From assembly GCA_021803425.1 (NCBI GenBank), contig JAJZLN010000020.1, positions 3,924 to 67,923 of the forward strand: a stretch of DNA of 64,000 bases, read 5' to 3'. The DNA is from Candidatus Micrarchaeota archaeon. GTDB lineage: Archaea > Micrarchaeota > Micrarchaeia > Micrarchaeales > CABMGC01. Every line of letters starts with the position of its first letter. Position 1 is the first letter of the stretch. This document shows, one piece after another, positions 18,562 through 27,867 of the stretch. The notes under the pieces are model-generated. The model worked only from the letters and a program-made list of their open reading frames with translations. It searched no databases and was not told where the DNA came from. Position numbers and translations under genes: made by a program.

Positions 18562-19608
18562 ATGCTTGGAATTAAGGTACCTAAAAGGATGGCTGAAAAT
18601 GTGAGAAAATATCTCGCAAAGCGCAACCTAATAGATATTAATTACAGAATAATAAGCAATGACAAATTTATATACTTTCCCATAGGGATGGATGCCAGAG
18701 GCAATGCAAGTCTTTCGCGGATTATGAAATTGGCGTTTGCATCATTTGTGGAAAGGAGCTTTCCTGGATCCGGAAAGGGGATTAATTATAAAGACATGCT
18801 AAAGAATAAGCTTGGTAATGAAGAATACTCCAGTACCGTAAAAGGTTATGATCAGCTAGGCGATATAGCCATAATAGAGCCAAAAACGGATAAAGGAGGC
18901 AGGGCGCTTGCGAAGGCGCTTCTGGCCACAAAAAAGGATATACGTACTGTTCTGGCAAAAGGCGGACCCGTAAGTGGAAGGTATAGGACAAGAAGATATG
19001 TGTATATTGCAGGAAGAAAGAATTTCAGGGCACTGTACAAGGAAAACGGTTCACTGTTCGAATTTGACTTGAAGAAGTCGTTTTTTTCGACAAGGCTCGC
19101 CTATGAAAGGAACAGGATAAGCAAACTGGTAAAAGACGGAGAGTCCGTTTGCGTCATGTTTGCCGGAGTGGGGCCTTTTGCCATAGAAATCGCAAAGGCA
19201 AATAAACATGCGAATATAGTTGCAATAGAGCTTAACAAAAATGCATACAAGGACATGATGCATAACATAAAGCTGAATAAGGTGCTGAATGTTGTTGCAG
19301 AACTTGGAGATGTAAATAAAGTTGCGTCAAAATATGAAAGATTTGCAGACAGGATAGTGATGCCTCTTCCTAAAGACGCATATGGATTCCTAGATTCAGC
19401 CGCAAAGATGGCAAAAAAGAGGTGTATAGTGCATTACTATGCGTTTGGAAACAGGTCAAACGCGTATGAAGAGCATGTAAACGCCCTGAGAAGATTTTTT
19501 GTGGAGAGGGGGATAAAACTACGCGTTCTTTTTAAAAGGGTGGTTAGGCAATACTCTCCGAGCGAGATAGAGATTGTGGTGGATTTCCTGATTACCAAGC
19601 TGCAGTAA
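18562..19608 (+). CDS. trm5: tRNA (guanine37-N1)-methyltransferase, Trm5/Taw22 (Met-10+) family
   Basis: 348 aa with YDQLGDIAIIE, SAM-binding VMFAGVGPFAIEIAK, and a VMPLP motif. Confidence 0.85.
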   Translation: MLGIKVPKRMAENVRKYLAKRNLIDINYRIISNDKFIYFPIGMDARGNASLSRIMKLAFASFVERSFPGSGKGINYKDMLKNKLGNEEYSSTVKGYDQLGDIAIIEPKTDKGGRALAKALLATKKDIRTVLAKGGPVSGRYRTRRYVYIAGRKNFRALYKENGSLFEFDLKKSFFSTRLAYERNRISKLVKDGESVCVMFAGVGPFAIEIAKANKHANIVAIELNKNAYKDMMHNIKLNKVLNVVAELGDVNKVASKYERFADRIVMPLPKDAYGFLDSAAKMAKKRCIVHYYAFGNRSNAYEEHVNALRRFFVERGIKLRVLFKRVVRQYSPSEIEIVVDFLITKLQ

Positions 19609-19627
19609 GACTTCTGGGGTCTTTGCC

Positions 19628-19984
19628 TTATTTGTATATCGATCTGTATACGTTGTTGGTGTCGTCAGTTATAACTATGCATTCGCCTTCGCACTCTACA
19701 AGGCACGCTTGGCATAGAATGCATGATGGTCCGTTTACCGCTACAGATATTCCGCCGCTTCCTCCTTCGAATTTCTCGGCAAAATGATGGTGGCCGTCCT
19801 GCACATTTGCCCATTTTGCAGTCACCTCAGGAGTATGCTCTCCTTTCCACTGCACATCTGCAGGAGCGGCGTCTGCATTTACATTGGGGCTCGCTCTGTC
19901 GTGCATCTCAAATACAGCGACAGGACATACATCAAAACAGTGAGAACATCCGGTGCATTTTGGTTTTTCAACATATACCTGCAT
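19628..19984 (-). CDS. Dicluster-type 4Fe-4S ferredoxin with long internal insertion
   Basis: 118 aa. CTGCSHCFDVCP and CILCQACLVEC are separated by about 60 aa that include DGHHHF. Confidence 0.85.
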   Translation of the reverse strand: MQVYVEKPKCTGCSHCFDVCPVAVFEMHDRASPNVNADAAPADVQWKGEHTPEVTAKWANVQDGHHHFAEKFEGGSGGISVAVNGPSCILCQACLVECEGECIVITDDTNNVYRSIYK

Positions 19985-20044
19985 TTCATTACCAAATTAT
20001 ATTCATCAACAAATATTATATAAATTTTGCTTCAAGGCCGGTTG

Positions 20045-20157
20045 TTATGCATGCCGTAAATAATCTCCAGCAAAGGCTAGACAAGACCAAGTGCATGTCT
20101 GCACTACGGAATCATTATTGACCCATAATGCAAACAGCAATTTACGGCAATGCATAA
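20045..20157. repeat. Long-range inverted repeat in the rpl12/ferredoxin intergenic region
   Basis: TTATGCATGCCGTAAAT (20045-20061) is the reverse complement of ATTTACGGCAATGCATAA (20140-20157) apart from one extra A. The arms enclose about 78 nt. Confidence 0.6.
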
Positions 20158-20174
20158 GCTTGATATGCATTAGC

Positions 20175-20477
20175 TTAGCCAAAAAGGCTTGCTAGACCGC
20201 CAGCTGCCTGCTCTTCGCTTACTTTCTCCTCGGCCGGTTCCTCCTTTTTGGACGGCTTCCCTGCAGCAGGAGCTGCAGCAGCCGGAGCAGCTACTTGGAC
20301 GTTTTGTGCGTTCTTTATTACATCTTTTATATTCACTTCCTTCAATGAGGAAGATACAGACTTTGCCATAGCCTCGTCAGGAGTGAGTCCTGCCGCCTTT
20401 ACAACTTCTGCCAAGTTTTTTTCATTTATCTCCTTTCCAGCCGCGTCTAAGAGAAGCGCAGCATATATATACTCCAT
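20175..20477 (-). CDS. rpl12: Ribosomal stalk protein P1 (L12)
   Basis: 100 aa. MEYIYAALLL.. N-terminus, Ala/Pro hinge AAPAAAAPAAG, acidic tail ending GLASLFG. Confidence 0.92.
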   Translation of the reverse strand: MEYIYAALLLDAAGKEINEKNLAEVVKAAGLTPDEAMAKSVSSSLKEVNIKDVIKNAQNVQVAAPAAAAPAAGKPSKKEEPAEEKVSEEQAAGGLASLFG

Positions 20478-20492
20478 TTTTTCACCATTTCA

Positions 20493-21341
20493 TTAAGCGT
20501 CATTTTTAACAAGTTTATTGAGCCCTACAGCTTCCAGAACAGCCTTTGCAATAAGCTGCTCTGCTATCTCAGGTTCATATATTTTTGCTTCGAGGCCAAG
20601 GCCCAATGCAGACAAGTATGCATTCCTTATAAATGAGCTTGCATTGTACTTAGTTACAAAGCCTATTTGCAATGCCAATGCATTTGCCTGTGCAAAATTG
20701 CTTGCAATCTCAGAGGCAACGAACTGCGAATCTATCCTTAAAGCGGCTTCGCTGAAAAGAATGTTTTCATTTACCACTGCCTTCAGTTTTGTTCCGGTTT
20801 CAAAAGGCATTATCTCAAGCATCTTTAATGCTTTTGATACAGAAGTAGTTATCTTGTCACCTTTTTTGACCAGTACTTTAGATTTTGATATCACAACCTT
20901 TCCTTTCTGGATCTGAACATCTATTCCTGCGGATTTCAAATCCGTAACTGCCTGTCCAGGCGCAATTGCAGTCTCCCCTGACTCTATAATTATATCATTA
21001 GGCGATATCTGGTTGGGCTTCGCTGAAAGCTTCATCTTGTTTTCTGTTATTACCTTGTTTAACTCAGTTGGATCCTTATTTGAGAGTAGTATTACGAAAT
21101 TTCTGTCGGTATGGTTGTTCAGTCCAGAGAGCCTTGGATCGCTGTCAAACACCCGTGTAGCAAGGCTTTTCCTCATCACTACGAACTTTACATCGGGTTT
21201 CAGCTTATTCCTTATCCTTTGGACAAGCAGGTCTGGTACCGAATCTAGAGACATTATCCCTACCGTCTTATACCCCTTTACCTCTTTCTTTAGCTTGTTT
21301 ACAAATTCTATTTTTTGGGCTTTGAGCATCATGAATATCAC
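20493..21341 (-). CDS. rplP0: Ribosomal stalk protein P0 (uL10)
   Basis: 282 aa in the conserved position between L1 and P1. N-terminal uL10 domain (KIEFVNKLKKEVKGYKTVGIMSLDSVP). Confidence 0.9.
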   Translation of the reverse strand: MIFMMLKAQKIEFVNKLKKEVKGYKTVGIMSLDSVPDLLVQRIRNKLKPDVKFVVMRKSLATRVFDSDPRLSGLNNHTDRNFVILLSNKDPTELNKVITENKMKLSAKPNQISPNDIIIESGETAIAPGQAVTDLKSAGIDVQIQKGKVVISKSKVLVKKGDKITTSVSKALKMLEIMPFETGTKLKAVVNENILFSEAALRIDSQFVASEIASNFAQANALALQIGFVTKYNASSFIRNAYLSALGLGLEAKIYEPEIAEQLIAKAVLEAVGLNKLVKNDA

Positions 21342-21970
21342 ATTATTTTAAGTGGTTTTGACATTGTGAGTTTTACATATGCAGACTTGATATGGTTGCT
21401 GCCTACCTTTTTAGTGACTCCGGCCATTACCTCTCTTACATTTTCATATATCTTATTCGCTTCCATCTCCTCGTTGCCAACTATGCAATGAACTGTGGGA
21501 AGGTTCTTGCCCCTGCTCTTCAGGCTTATGCTTTTGTTAAGCTCTCCGGCCAGTGCTGCAAGATTCACATTGCCAATTAGAGGTCTGGGCATCTTGTTTC
21601 TCGGACCGAGAAACTGACCGAGATTTTTTGCAACGACAGGCATAAGGTTAGGCGGTGCAATAAGTTCATAATCAAGTAAGGAATTAAGCCTTGCAGTATC
21701 CTTAGCTATCTTTTCAATCTCATCGGCCTCTATGACGTCCACGCCGCTCTTCCTCGCCTGCTCCGATATGTTCCTATCTGAAGAGAATATCGCAACCTTA
21801 TTCGATTTGCCCTTGCCGTGCGGGAGTATTACATTCAAATTCAATCTGTTGTCCTGTTTTGTAAAGTCTATGCCCTTGAAATTCACGGCTAACTCTACCG
21901 TCTGCTTGAATTTCCTCTTTCCTTTGTTTTCAGCAATGAACTTGCTGAATGCTTCTATATCTTCTGCCAT
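21338..21970 (-). CDS. rpl1: Ribosomal protein L1 (uL1)
   Basis: The ORF track extends to 22033, but MAEDIEAFSKFIAEN at ATG 21970 is preceded by GGAGGG 5 nt upstream (SD-like). The body contains FKQTVELAVNFKGIDF and PRNKMPRP. 4-nt overlap with the P0 start. Confidence 0.92.
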   Translation of the reverse strand: MAEDIEAFSKFIAENKGKRKFKQTVELAVNFKGIDFTKQDNRLNLNVILPHGKGKSNKVAIFSSDRNISEQARKSGVDVIEADEIEKIAKDTARLNSLLDYELIAPPNLMPVVAKNLGQFLGPRNKMPRPLIGNVNLAALAGELNKSISLKSRGKNLPTVHCIVGNEEMEANKIYENVREVMAGVTKKVGSNHIKSAYVKLTMSKPLKIM

Positions 21971-22185
21971 TTTATCCCTCCTGCAAAAATGCAGTAGTTG
22001 CGGGAAAACAAGTATACCTAGATTGTCACACATTAATATAAAAATCTTGCTATGGAAGGCCTTTTGGACAAATTCGTCCGCGCTTATTACGAAAGGGTTG
22101 CTTCCTGCAGCGATGCTGCCAAACGGGGACGGCTACTAAAACACCGCCGAAGCATCAAAGGATTACGATGTGGATGCATGTTTTC

Positions 22186-24021
22186 TTATGTCCTGCCTTC
22201 CTTGTTTTCATTATACTTGAATTTATATCTTAAATAAAATATTATTGAATATAGTATCATTATTGCAAGCACAAAAAAGGCTATTAGTACAAACAGTATA
22301 TTCTGTGCATTACGCGACAGTATTGCTATGATTGAAGAACCCTGCACTTTGAAAGTAACTCTGCATGTTGAAGAATTTACTGAAAAAGGAGTTACAGGAT
22401 ACCATGTCTTGTTCTTATAGGTAAATGGCGCAATATTGTTTGATGGAATCCCACACGGATACTTATAAGCCACGTCTATAGGTATGCTTGATGAAGTCGA
22501 GCTTACATTTACAATTGTAGCGCTGATTATCGTATAATTTGAAGGGCTTTGGGGAGAGGACAGCGTTACGTTTTTAACTATTACTTTCATCCTTGTATTG
22601 TCTGACGAATTTGAGAAGAACGACAGCACAGCGCCAGTATTGCTGAAATTTATAAGCGAAGGATGGGCATTTGATACTGTTATGTTTTGTACGGTCAGAT
22701 TTGGTGGCGCAAGGACATTGAGAGACACGCTTTGCGAGTATGCGGTATAATTATTGTTGCCTTTGTTCTGAAATGAAAATGAGTAAAATCCGGCAGATAC
22801 TTTGCCTGTCCAGTGTATCACTGAATCGGTCTTCCCATACAGTGCTCCGTTGACATAAAGCGACCATGCGCTCTGGTTGCCTATCGTCGTTGTTCCGGTG
22901 AATGTTATGTTCATGTCTGTGCCGGAAGATGCCACTCCGGGATTTCCTGAAACTGAAGATGAAAGAGATGCTGGTAATATAATTAGGGTATTTGATCCCT
23001 GATTGATAGAATAAGGTATAGATGTCCCATAATCAGTTGCATGCACTCCGATTTTGTACGTTCCTGCAGGAGGCAATTCTATGATTTTTGAATAAGGAGT
23101 GGTGTTTTTTACTGAAAGGCTTGAAGAAGACCCATTAAATAGCCATAAATACGCGAACGTGCCGCTGCCTCCTGACACAGACGCGCTTACCAATGCGCTG
23201 CTTCCGTAATTAAGGACGTTGGTTGCGGTAGCATATGTAGAATAGATATCAAGTCTTGAATATGGGTGTGGAAATACCGTAATATTTAATTCGGGTGATG
23301 TCAGTTCTTCCGGAGTTGTTGAATTATCATGTATGGAAACCCTGACATGCAACGGCACAATACTGAAGCTTGAGTTGGGCAGGAATATGAGCTTGTTTGT
23401 ATTTAATGCAAAACTGGATATTATTGAATTTGTAATGCGGTTTGATATTATGAAATTATATGCATACGGCGGCGTGCCTCCGTTTTCGTACGATATTATG
23501 GATATAGACTGGCCCATATCCAGAATCGGGTCGGTTATAATTAAGGCAGGAGTTGAAAGGGCAGGATTTATTTTTATGTAGGATGTGGTGTTGGCATTTA
23601 CGCCATTGCTGTCCGATATGTGGGATTTTATGGAGAGGACGCCATATATCGTATTCTGACCAAAAGACGCATTTTTTGTTGTATTGTTTGATATGAATGA
23701 TATGTTTGTGCTTGAATTCGGATGTATTGTTAGAAAAGCGTAGGCTAAGCCGTTTATAGGCATGAACTCGGTGGACATATTTGATGGTGAAGTAGGCAAA
23801 GGGGGCTTTGGTGGCAGCCATGACCAAATAATAGAATATGGGGGAATTCCTCCACTGATAAGCATATTTACGGTAGAATATTGGCCTACATCAATAATGT
23901 TGTTTGAAGCGGACAACGTATTTGAATTTACTGTGATAGTATATGCATTTGCATAGCCAGAAAGCACCAGGATAATTGCGCATGCTACTGCAATGCGTCT
24001 GAAAGGTTTGGGATATTGCAT
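22186..24021 (-). CDS. Membrane-anchored surface protein (611 aa), smallest member of the three-gene paralog family
   Basis: Signal peptide (..VLSGYANA/YT) followed by repeated Ig-like modules with SGGxPPYxxxW motifs. The shared module ..NITFTGTTTIGNQSAWSLYVNGALYGKTDSVIHW.. is present. A C-terminal domain is homologous to that of 42713-46189 (..YKYPCGIPSNNIAPF..). It ends in a C-terminal TM helix and a basic tail. Confidence 0.78.
   Translation of the reverse strand: MQYPKPFRRIAVACAIILVLSGYANAYTITVNSNTLSASNNIIDVGQYSTVNMLISGGIPPYSIIWSWLPPKPPLPTSPSNMSTEFMPINGLAYAFLTIHPNSSTNISFISNNTTKNASFGQNTIYGVLSIKSHISDSNGVNANTTSYIKINPALSTPALIITDPILDMGQSISIISYENGGTPPYAYNFIISNRITNSIISSFALNTNKLIFLPNSSFSIVPLHVRVSIHDNSTTPEELTSPELNITVFPHPYSRLDIYSTYATATNVLNYGSSALVSASVSGGSGTFAYLWLFNGSSSSLSVKNTTPYSKIIELPPAGTYKIGVHATDYGTSIPYSINQGSNTLIILPASLSSSVSGNPGVASSGTDMNITFTGTTTIGNQSAWSLYVNGALYGKTDSVIHWTGKVSAGFYSFSFQNKGNNNYTAYSQSVSLNVLAPPNLTVQNITVSNAHPSLINFSNTGAVLSFFSNSSDNTRMKVIVKNVTLSSPQSPSNYTIISATIVNVSSTSSSIPIDVAYKYPCGIPSNNIAPFTYKNKTWYPVTPFSVNSSTCRVTFKVQGSSIIAILSRNAQNILFVLIAFFVLAIMILYSIIFYLRYKFKYNENKEGRT
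22786..22950 (-). repeat. Third, more diverged copy of the conserved surface-protein module
   Basis: Shares exact runs ATCACTGAATCGGTCTT and CGACCATGCGCTCTGGTTGCCTATCGTCG with 36208-36377 and 43475-43645. Confidence 0.7.
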
Positions 24022-24047
24022 ATTTTATAAGCCCCGTTTAGCATTAA

Positions 24048-24407
24048 TCAAAGCAGCTTAAGTGCGCCAGTAAGAAGGTCTATGTCCTCTCCCTTCCACG
24101 GACCTATTCCAAGCGCTGTGAATGTCCCTCTTGGAAGCTGTGTGAGCCCGGCATCGCTTACGAGCGCGCATGGTATCCCTTTATACTTGAAGGCTTCTGC
24201 AAGCCTTTGCATCTTCTCGCCGTTTTCTATCTTTAAAACTATCTTCTTCTCTCCGCTCTCAAGCCAGCTGGCGGCTATGCCTTTGTTTGATTTGACAGTT
24301 TCAAGATAGCTCATTAAAGAAGCGTGTGCGCCTTGAGCGACGGTCTTCCCTTTGCCCATATCTATATCGCTTCTTATTATTATTACCTGCTTCAATTCCC
24401 CTTCCAT
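24048..24407 (-). CDS. pth2: Peptidyl-tRNA hydrolase, archaeal type (Pth2)
   Basis: 119 aa with KQVIIIRSDIDMGKGKTVAQGAHAS and DAGLTQLPRGTFTALGIGP. Confidence 0.92.
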   Translation of the reverse strand: MEGELKQVIIIRSDIDMGKGKTVAQGAHASLMSYLETVKSNKGIAASWLESGEKKIVLKIENGEKMQRLAEAFKYKGIPCALVSDAGLTQLPRGTFTALGIGPWKGEDIDLLTGALKLL

Positions 24408-24658
24408 TAGATCATTTTAAGCTTTCTCTTGGCTTTTTCTATCTCATTTCGTGCCTTGTCTATGTGAAGCATTACGATGTCAAGATTTTCAATGAGCCCG
24501 TATTCCATATCGCTCTTTGATCTATTGCTTATGCTGCTGAGGCGCTTGCCTATTGAAGATATGTACCTTTTATGTTCTCTAAGCTCTTTGGACATTTTAT
24601 TAAGCATGGAGTAATCTTTTACGAGCTCTTTGGCGCCATTATTTTGTTGTTTGGACAT
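24407..24658 (-). CDS. Hypothetical small coiled-coil protein
   Basis: 83-aa ORF whose stop overlaps the pth2 start by 1 nt. Helical, charged composition; no recognised motif. Confidence 0.5.
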   Translation of the reverse strand: MSKQQNNGAKELVKDYSMLNKMSKELREHKRYISSIGKRLSSISNRSKSDMEYGLIENLDIVMLHIDKARNEIEKAKRKLKMI

Positions 24659-24729
24659 GACATGTACCTAAACGTTGACTTTATTGTATTACTGAAGATA
24701 TTTATTGCTTACACTGAATAGTATATAGT

Positions 24730-25893
24730 ATGACGATTCCTTCTGAAAACCGCGGATTGACGCTCATAAACGAGCTTATTTCTAGCTATTACAGGGGAGC
24801 CAAGGACATCGCCCCTGATAGAATAACAGAGCGTGAATTTGGGGTAGGCAACTTTGATGTGAAGATATCACAAAGGCACATGTCATTCAGAAATGAGGAT
24901 GAACTTAAGAGGTATCTGTCACTCAACTCTGTGCCTTACGTTTCAGCATCTTCAGCATATTACAGATTCCCTTCGGGGAGGCCTATGGAGAAAAAAGGCT
25001 GGAAAGGCTCTGAGCTTGTATTCGACCTGGATGTTACAGATATGGATCTTTCATGCCAGCTAAAGCATGGAAAGTCGTGGATATGCAGGGACTGCCTGGA
25101 TGCCGTAAGAAACGAGACAATAAAACTTGTTTACGGTTTCCTGATGCCTGACTTTGGTTTTTCAGATAATATGATAGAAGTAAACTTCAGCGGAAACCGC
25201 GGATACCATGTACATGTGAAGGAAAAGGACATTCTTGAGCTGGGCCCTGACGCAAGACGGGAGATAAGCAATTACATATCAGGCTCCGGGGTGGATTTTG
25301 TTGAAATGTTTCCTACTGCAGGAAGAAAGGGGGAACGGCTAGTCGGCCCGAAACCGTCAGACAGAGGATGGAGGGGAAAAATTGCAAAGAATTTCCTGGA
25401 GAGGCTGGATTCCGGAATCGATTCGCTTGCAGAAACAGGCATGGACAGACAAATTGCCGGAAGGCTTTATAGAAAAAGGAGCTTGGTGCAGCTGGGAATA
25501 AACAATGGAAACTGGGACATGGTTTATGTAAAGAACAAGTCGGACTTCTGGAAAGGAATAATAGAGAGGCAGGCAGTAACACAGAGCGATAAGATAGACA
25601 GAAATGTAACAAATGACCCTACGCACCTGCTCAGGCTGCCCAATTCCATACACGGAAGCACGGGCCTTATAGCTAAGAAATTAAAATCGCCAAAGGAGCT
25701 CTACAGCTTTGAACCTATGAAAAGGGCCATAGCATTCAGGGAAGGATTCATGAAGATCAGGGCGCATACTGATCATGAGTTGCTTATGAACGGCCAGAAA
25801 TTCGGGCCGTATGCAGGTGAAATAAAAGTGCCAACATATGTGGGTGTGTACCTTTTTCTCAAGGGGCTTGCAGAAATAATAAGCTTTAATTAG
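24730..25893 (+). CDS. priS: DNA primase small (catalytic) subunit PriS
   Basis: 387 aa. Catalytic ELVFDLDVTD and NFSGNRGYHVHV, a Cys pair (CQLKHGKSWICRDC), and LLRLPNSIHGSTG. Confidence 0.9.
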   Translation: MTIPSENRGLTLINELISSYYRGAKDIAPDRITEREFGVGNFDVKISQRHMSFRNEDELKRYLSLNSVPYVSASSAYYRFPSGRPMEKKGWKGSELVFDLDVTDMDLSCQLKHGKSWICRDCLDAVRNETIKLVYGFLMPDFGFSDNMIEVNFSGNRGYHVHVKEKDILELGPDARREISNYISGSGVDFVEMFPTAGRKGERLVGPKPSDRGWRGKIAKNFLERLDSGIDSLAETGMDRQIAGRLYRKRSLVQLGINNGNWDMVYVKNKSDFWKGIIERQAVTQSDKIDRNVTNDPTHLLRLPNSIHGSTGLIAKKLKSPKELYSFEPMKRAIAFREGFMKIRAHTDHELLMNGQKFGPYAGEIKVPTYVGVYLFLKGLAEIISFN

Positions 25894-25932
25894 TTTTTCC
25901 TTCATACAAATTATGCTTATTGTAGTGAATTT

Positions 25933-26448
25933 ATGGGAGCTTACAAACAAATAGCATTGACACTAAGGAATGAGTATAAGACACGGCCGGACCAGCTTAA
26001 GTCAAGGCTCATTAAATGGAGGGAAGACCCTTCTATAGTAAAGGTAGCCGCACCCACAAACCTTTCGAGGGCAAGGACACTCGGATACAAGGCAAAGCAA
26101 GGGATCATAATAGCAAGAGTAAGGATAAGGAAAGGACTTAGGAAAAGGGAGAAACAGAGAGGCGGCAGAAAGCCTTCGAAGAGCGGAAGGTTCTTTGCAC
26201 ATGGCAAGTCATTCCAGGCAATGGCTGAAGAGCGGGCAGCAAGGAAATTCGCAAATTGTGAAGTGGTAAATTCTTATTATGTAGGCGAGGACGGTTCGTA
26301 CAAATTTTTTGAGGCGATACTTGCGGACAGAAACCATCCTGCAGTGAATTCTGACAGTTTTTATAGAGGGATATTGAACAGAAAGGCAAGGGCATTCAGA
26401 GCCCTGACACATTCGGGACTAAGGCACAGAGATTCAGTACAGAAGTGA
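25933..26448 (+). CDS. rpl15e: Ribosomal protein L15e (eL15)
   Basis: 171 aa with MGAYKQIALTLRNEY.., RPSRLDRAR-like NLSRARTLGYKAKQGIIIARVRIRKG, and a basic core. Confidence 0.93.
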   Translation: MGAYKQIALTLRNEYKTRPDQLKSRLIKWREDPSIVKVAAPTNLSRARTLGYKAKQGIIIARVRIRKGLRKREKQRGGRKPSKSGRFFAHGKSFQAMAEERAARKFANCEVVNSYYVGEDGSYKFFEAILADRNHPAVNSDSFYRGILNRKARAFRALTHSGLRHRDSVQK

Positions 26449-26675
26449 TTGCCATGCCAAAGGCCGAACTACACGTAGAATTAGAAAACCCCAGGAACTA
26501 TTTCAAAATAATTGGTGGGGAAAAATTCAGGGACAGCAAGGTAAAGATAAGGACCCAGGGAAACAAAATTACGGTGCAAATAGACTCCGGCACCCCGAAG
26601 GCTCTTATATCGTCGCTTGGAAGCATGATCAAGCAGATAAGGATAATAGAGCAGACCAGCGAGCTTGTTGAATAA
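26445..26675 (+). CDS. pcc1: Putative KEOPS subunit Pcc1-like protein
   Basis: 76 aa. The pattern AELHVELENP...SKVKIRTQGNKITVQIDSGTPKALISSLGSMIKQIRIIEQ parallels archaeal Pcc1 (..L.G..L.I.I.A.D..ALR...NS.LR.I). 4-nt overlap with rpl15e. Confidence 0.55.
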   Translation: MIAMPKAELHVELENPRNYFKIIGGEKFRDSKVKIRTQGNKITVQIDSGTPKALISSLGSMIKQIRIIEQTSELVE

Positions 26676-26740
26676 TATACCTCTCTCTTTTTAATTTTGA
26701 TTTGATATGTCTTTAGCGGCAACATGCAAAATACCATATC

Positions 26741-27796
26741 ATGCAGCGCAGATTCCGCAGCAGAGGCGATATAATGAGAATTATAAGATTCAACGGCGTA
26801 AGCAACTCCCTTAAGCTTGAACCAGAATCCGTGGAAGACCTTTACGTGCTTGCAATAATAATATCAAAAAATGATGCAGTAGAGTCAAAAACTTCTCGTC
26901 GCTTCAGGCCAACGGAGGGAGACAAGGGCGAACAGAAGGACGTGATAATAAAGATATCCGTAGAGAGCTCTGAAATAGACAAGAATTCCGGAAGGCTGCG
27001 GCTGCTCGGCAAAATACTTTCGGGAAAGCCTGAAGAATTTGTGACTCTCGGCAGCTATCATACCCTGAACATAGGTGCAGGAGACATAATAGACATACAG
27101 AAAGAGGAGTGGAAGGAGTATGTCCTGAAGAGAATAAAGCAGGCAGTGGTAGAATCAAGGAAGCCGAGGCTTGGGATAGTGGTGCTTGATGACGAAAAAG
27201 CGCTTGTATCATACATAAAGGGCTATGGAATAGAAATAATCTCTGAACTTTACAGCAGGCTAAGCAAGAGGATGAAGGAAAAGGATTACCAGAAACAGCG
27301 CGATGAATACTTCAAAGACGTGATAAATTCGATAAACAACATGAATGTGGATATTGTAGTTGTCGCAGGCCCGGGATTCACCAAGGATGACATAAAAAAA
27401 TATATGTCTGACATGGGCATAGAAATTTCAAAGCAGATTGCGTATTGCCCTGCAAGCGATGCCGAAAGATCGGGCATACGCGAAGTGATGCAGAGCCCTG
27501 TTGTTGGAAAGATCCTGGAGAATGAGCATGTCAAGAAGGAATTTGAATACCTGAATAGGCTGCTCAATGGAATGCGCTCTGGGACCGCATGCCATGGGAT
27601 GGACGACGTGATCAGAAGGCTGGAGAAGGGAGGCATATCGATAATATTGGTCAACGACAACATGATAAATGAGGCAAGCACAAAAGACCTGCTGGACAAG
27701 GCAGACAAGACGGGGGTAAAGATAGAGATATTCAGTTCCGATGATGATGCGGGGGTGCAGCTTAGAAACCTAGGCGGCATAGCCGGCATAGTCTAG
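26741..27796 (+). CDS. pelA: Pelota (mRNA surveillance, aRF1-like)
   Basis: 351-aa ORF. The likely true start is ATG 26774 (MRIIRFNG..LKLEPESVEDLYVL). Central and C-terminal eRF1-like domains are present (VVAGPGFTKDD.., ACHGMDDV). Confidence 0.92.
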   Translation: MQRRFRSRGDIMRIIRFNGVSNSLKLEPESVEDLYVLAIIISKNDAVESKTSRRFRPTEGDKGEQKDVIIKISVESSEIDKNSGRLRLLGKILSGKPEEFVTLGSYHTLNIGAGDIIDIQKEEWKEYVLKRIKQAVVESRKPRLGIVVLDDEKALVSYIKGYGIEIISELYSRLSKRMKEKDYQKQRDEYFKDVINSINNMNVDIVVVAGPGFTKDDIKKYMSDMGIEISKQIAYCPASDAERSGIREVMQSPVVGKILENEHVKKEFEYLNRLLNGMRSGTACHGMDDVIRRLEKGGISIILVNDNMINEASTKDLLDKADKTGVKIEIFSSDDDAGVQLRNLGGIAGIV

Positions 27797-27867
27797 GATC
27801 AGGAGACAACAGCTTTTTGTCTGCATAAAGAAAAATAACGGCAAACAAATAGGTTTATTAGAATTAA

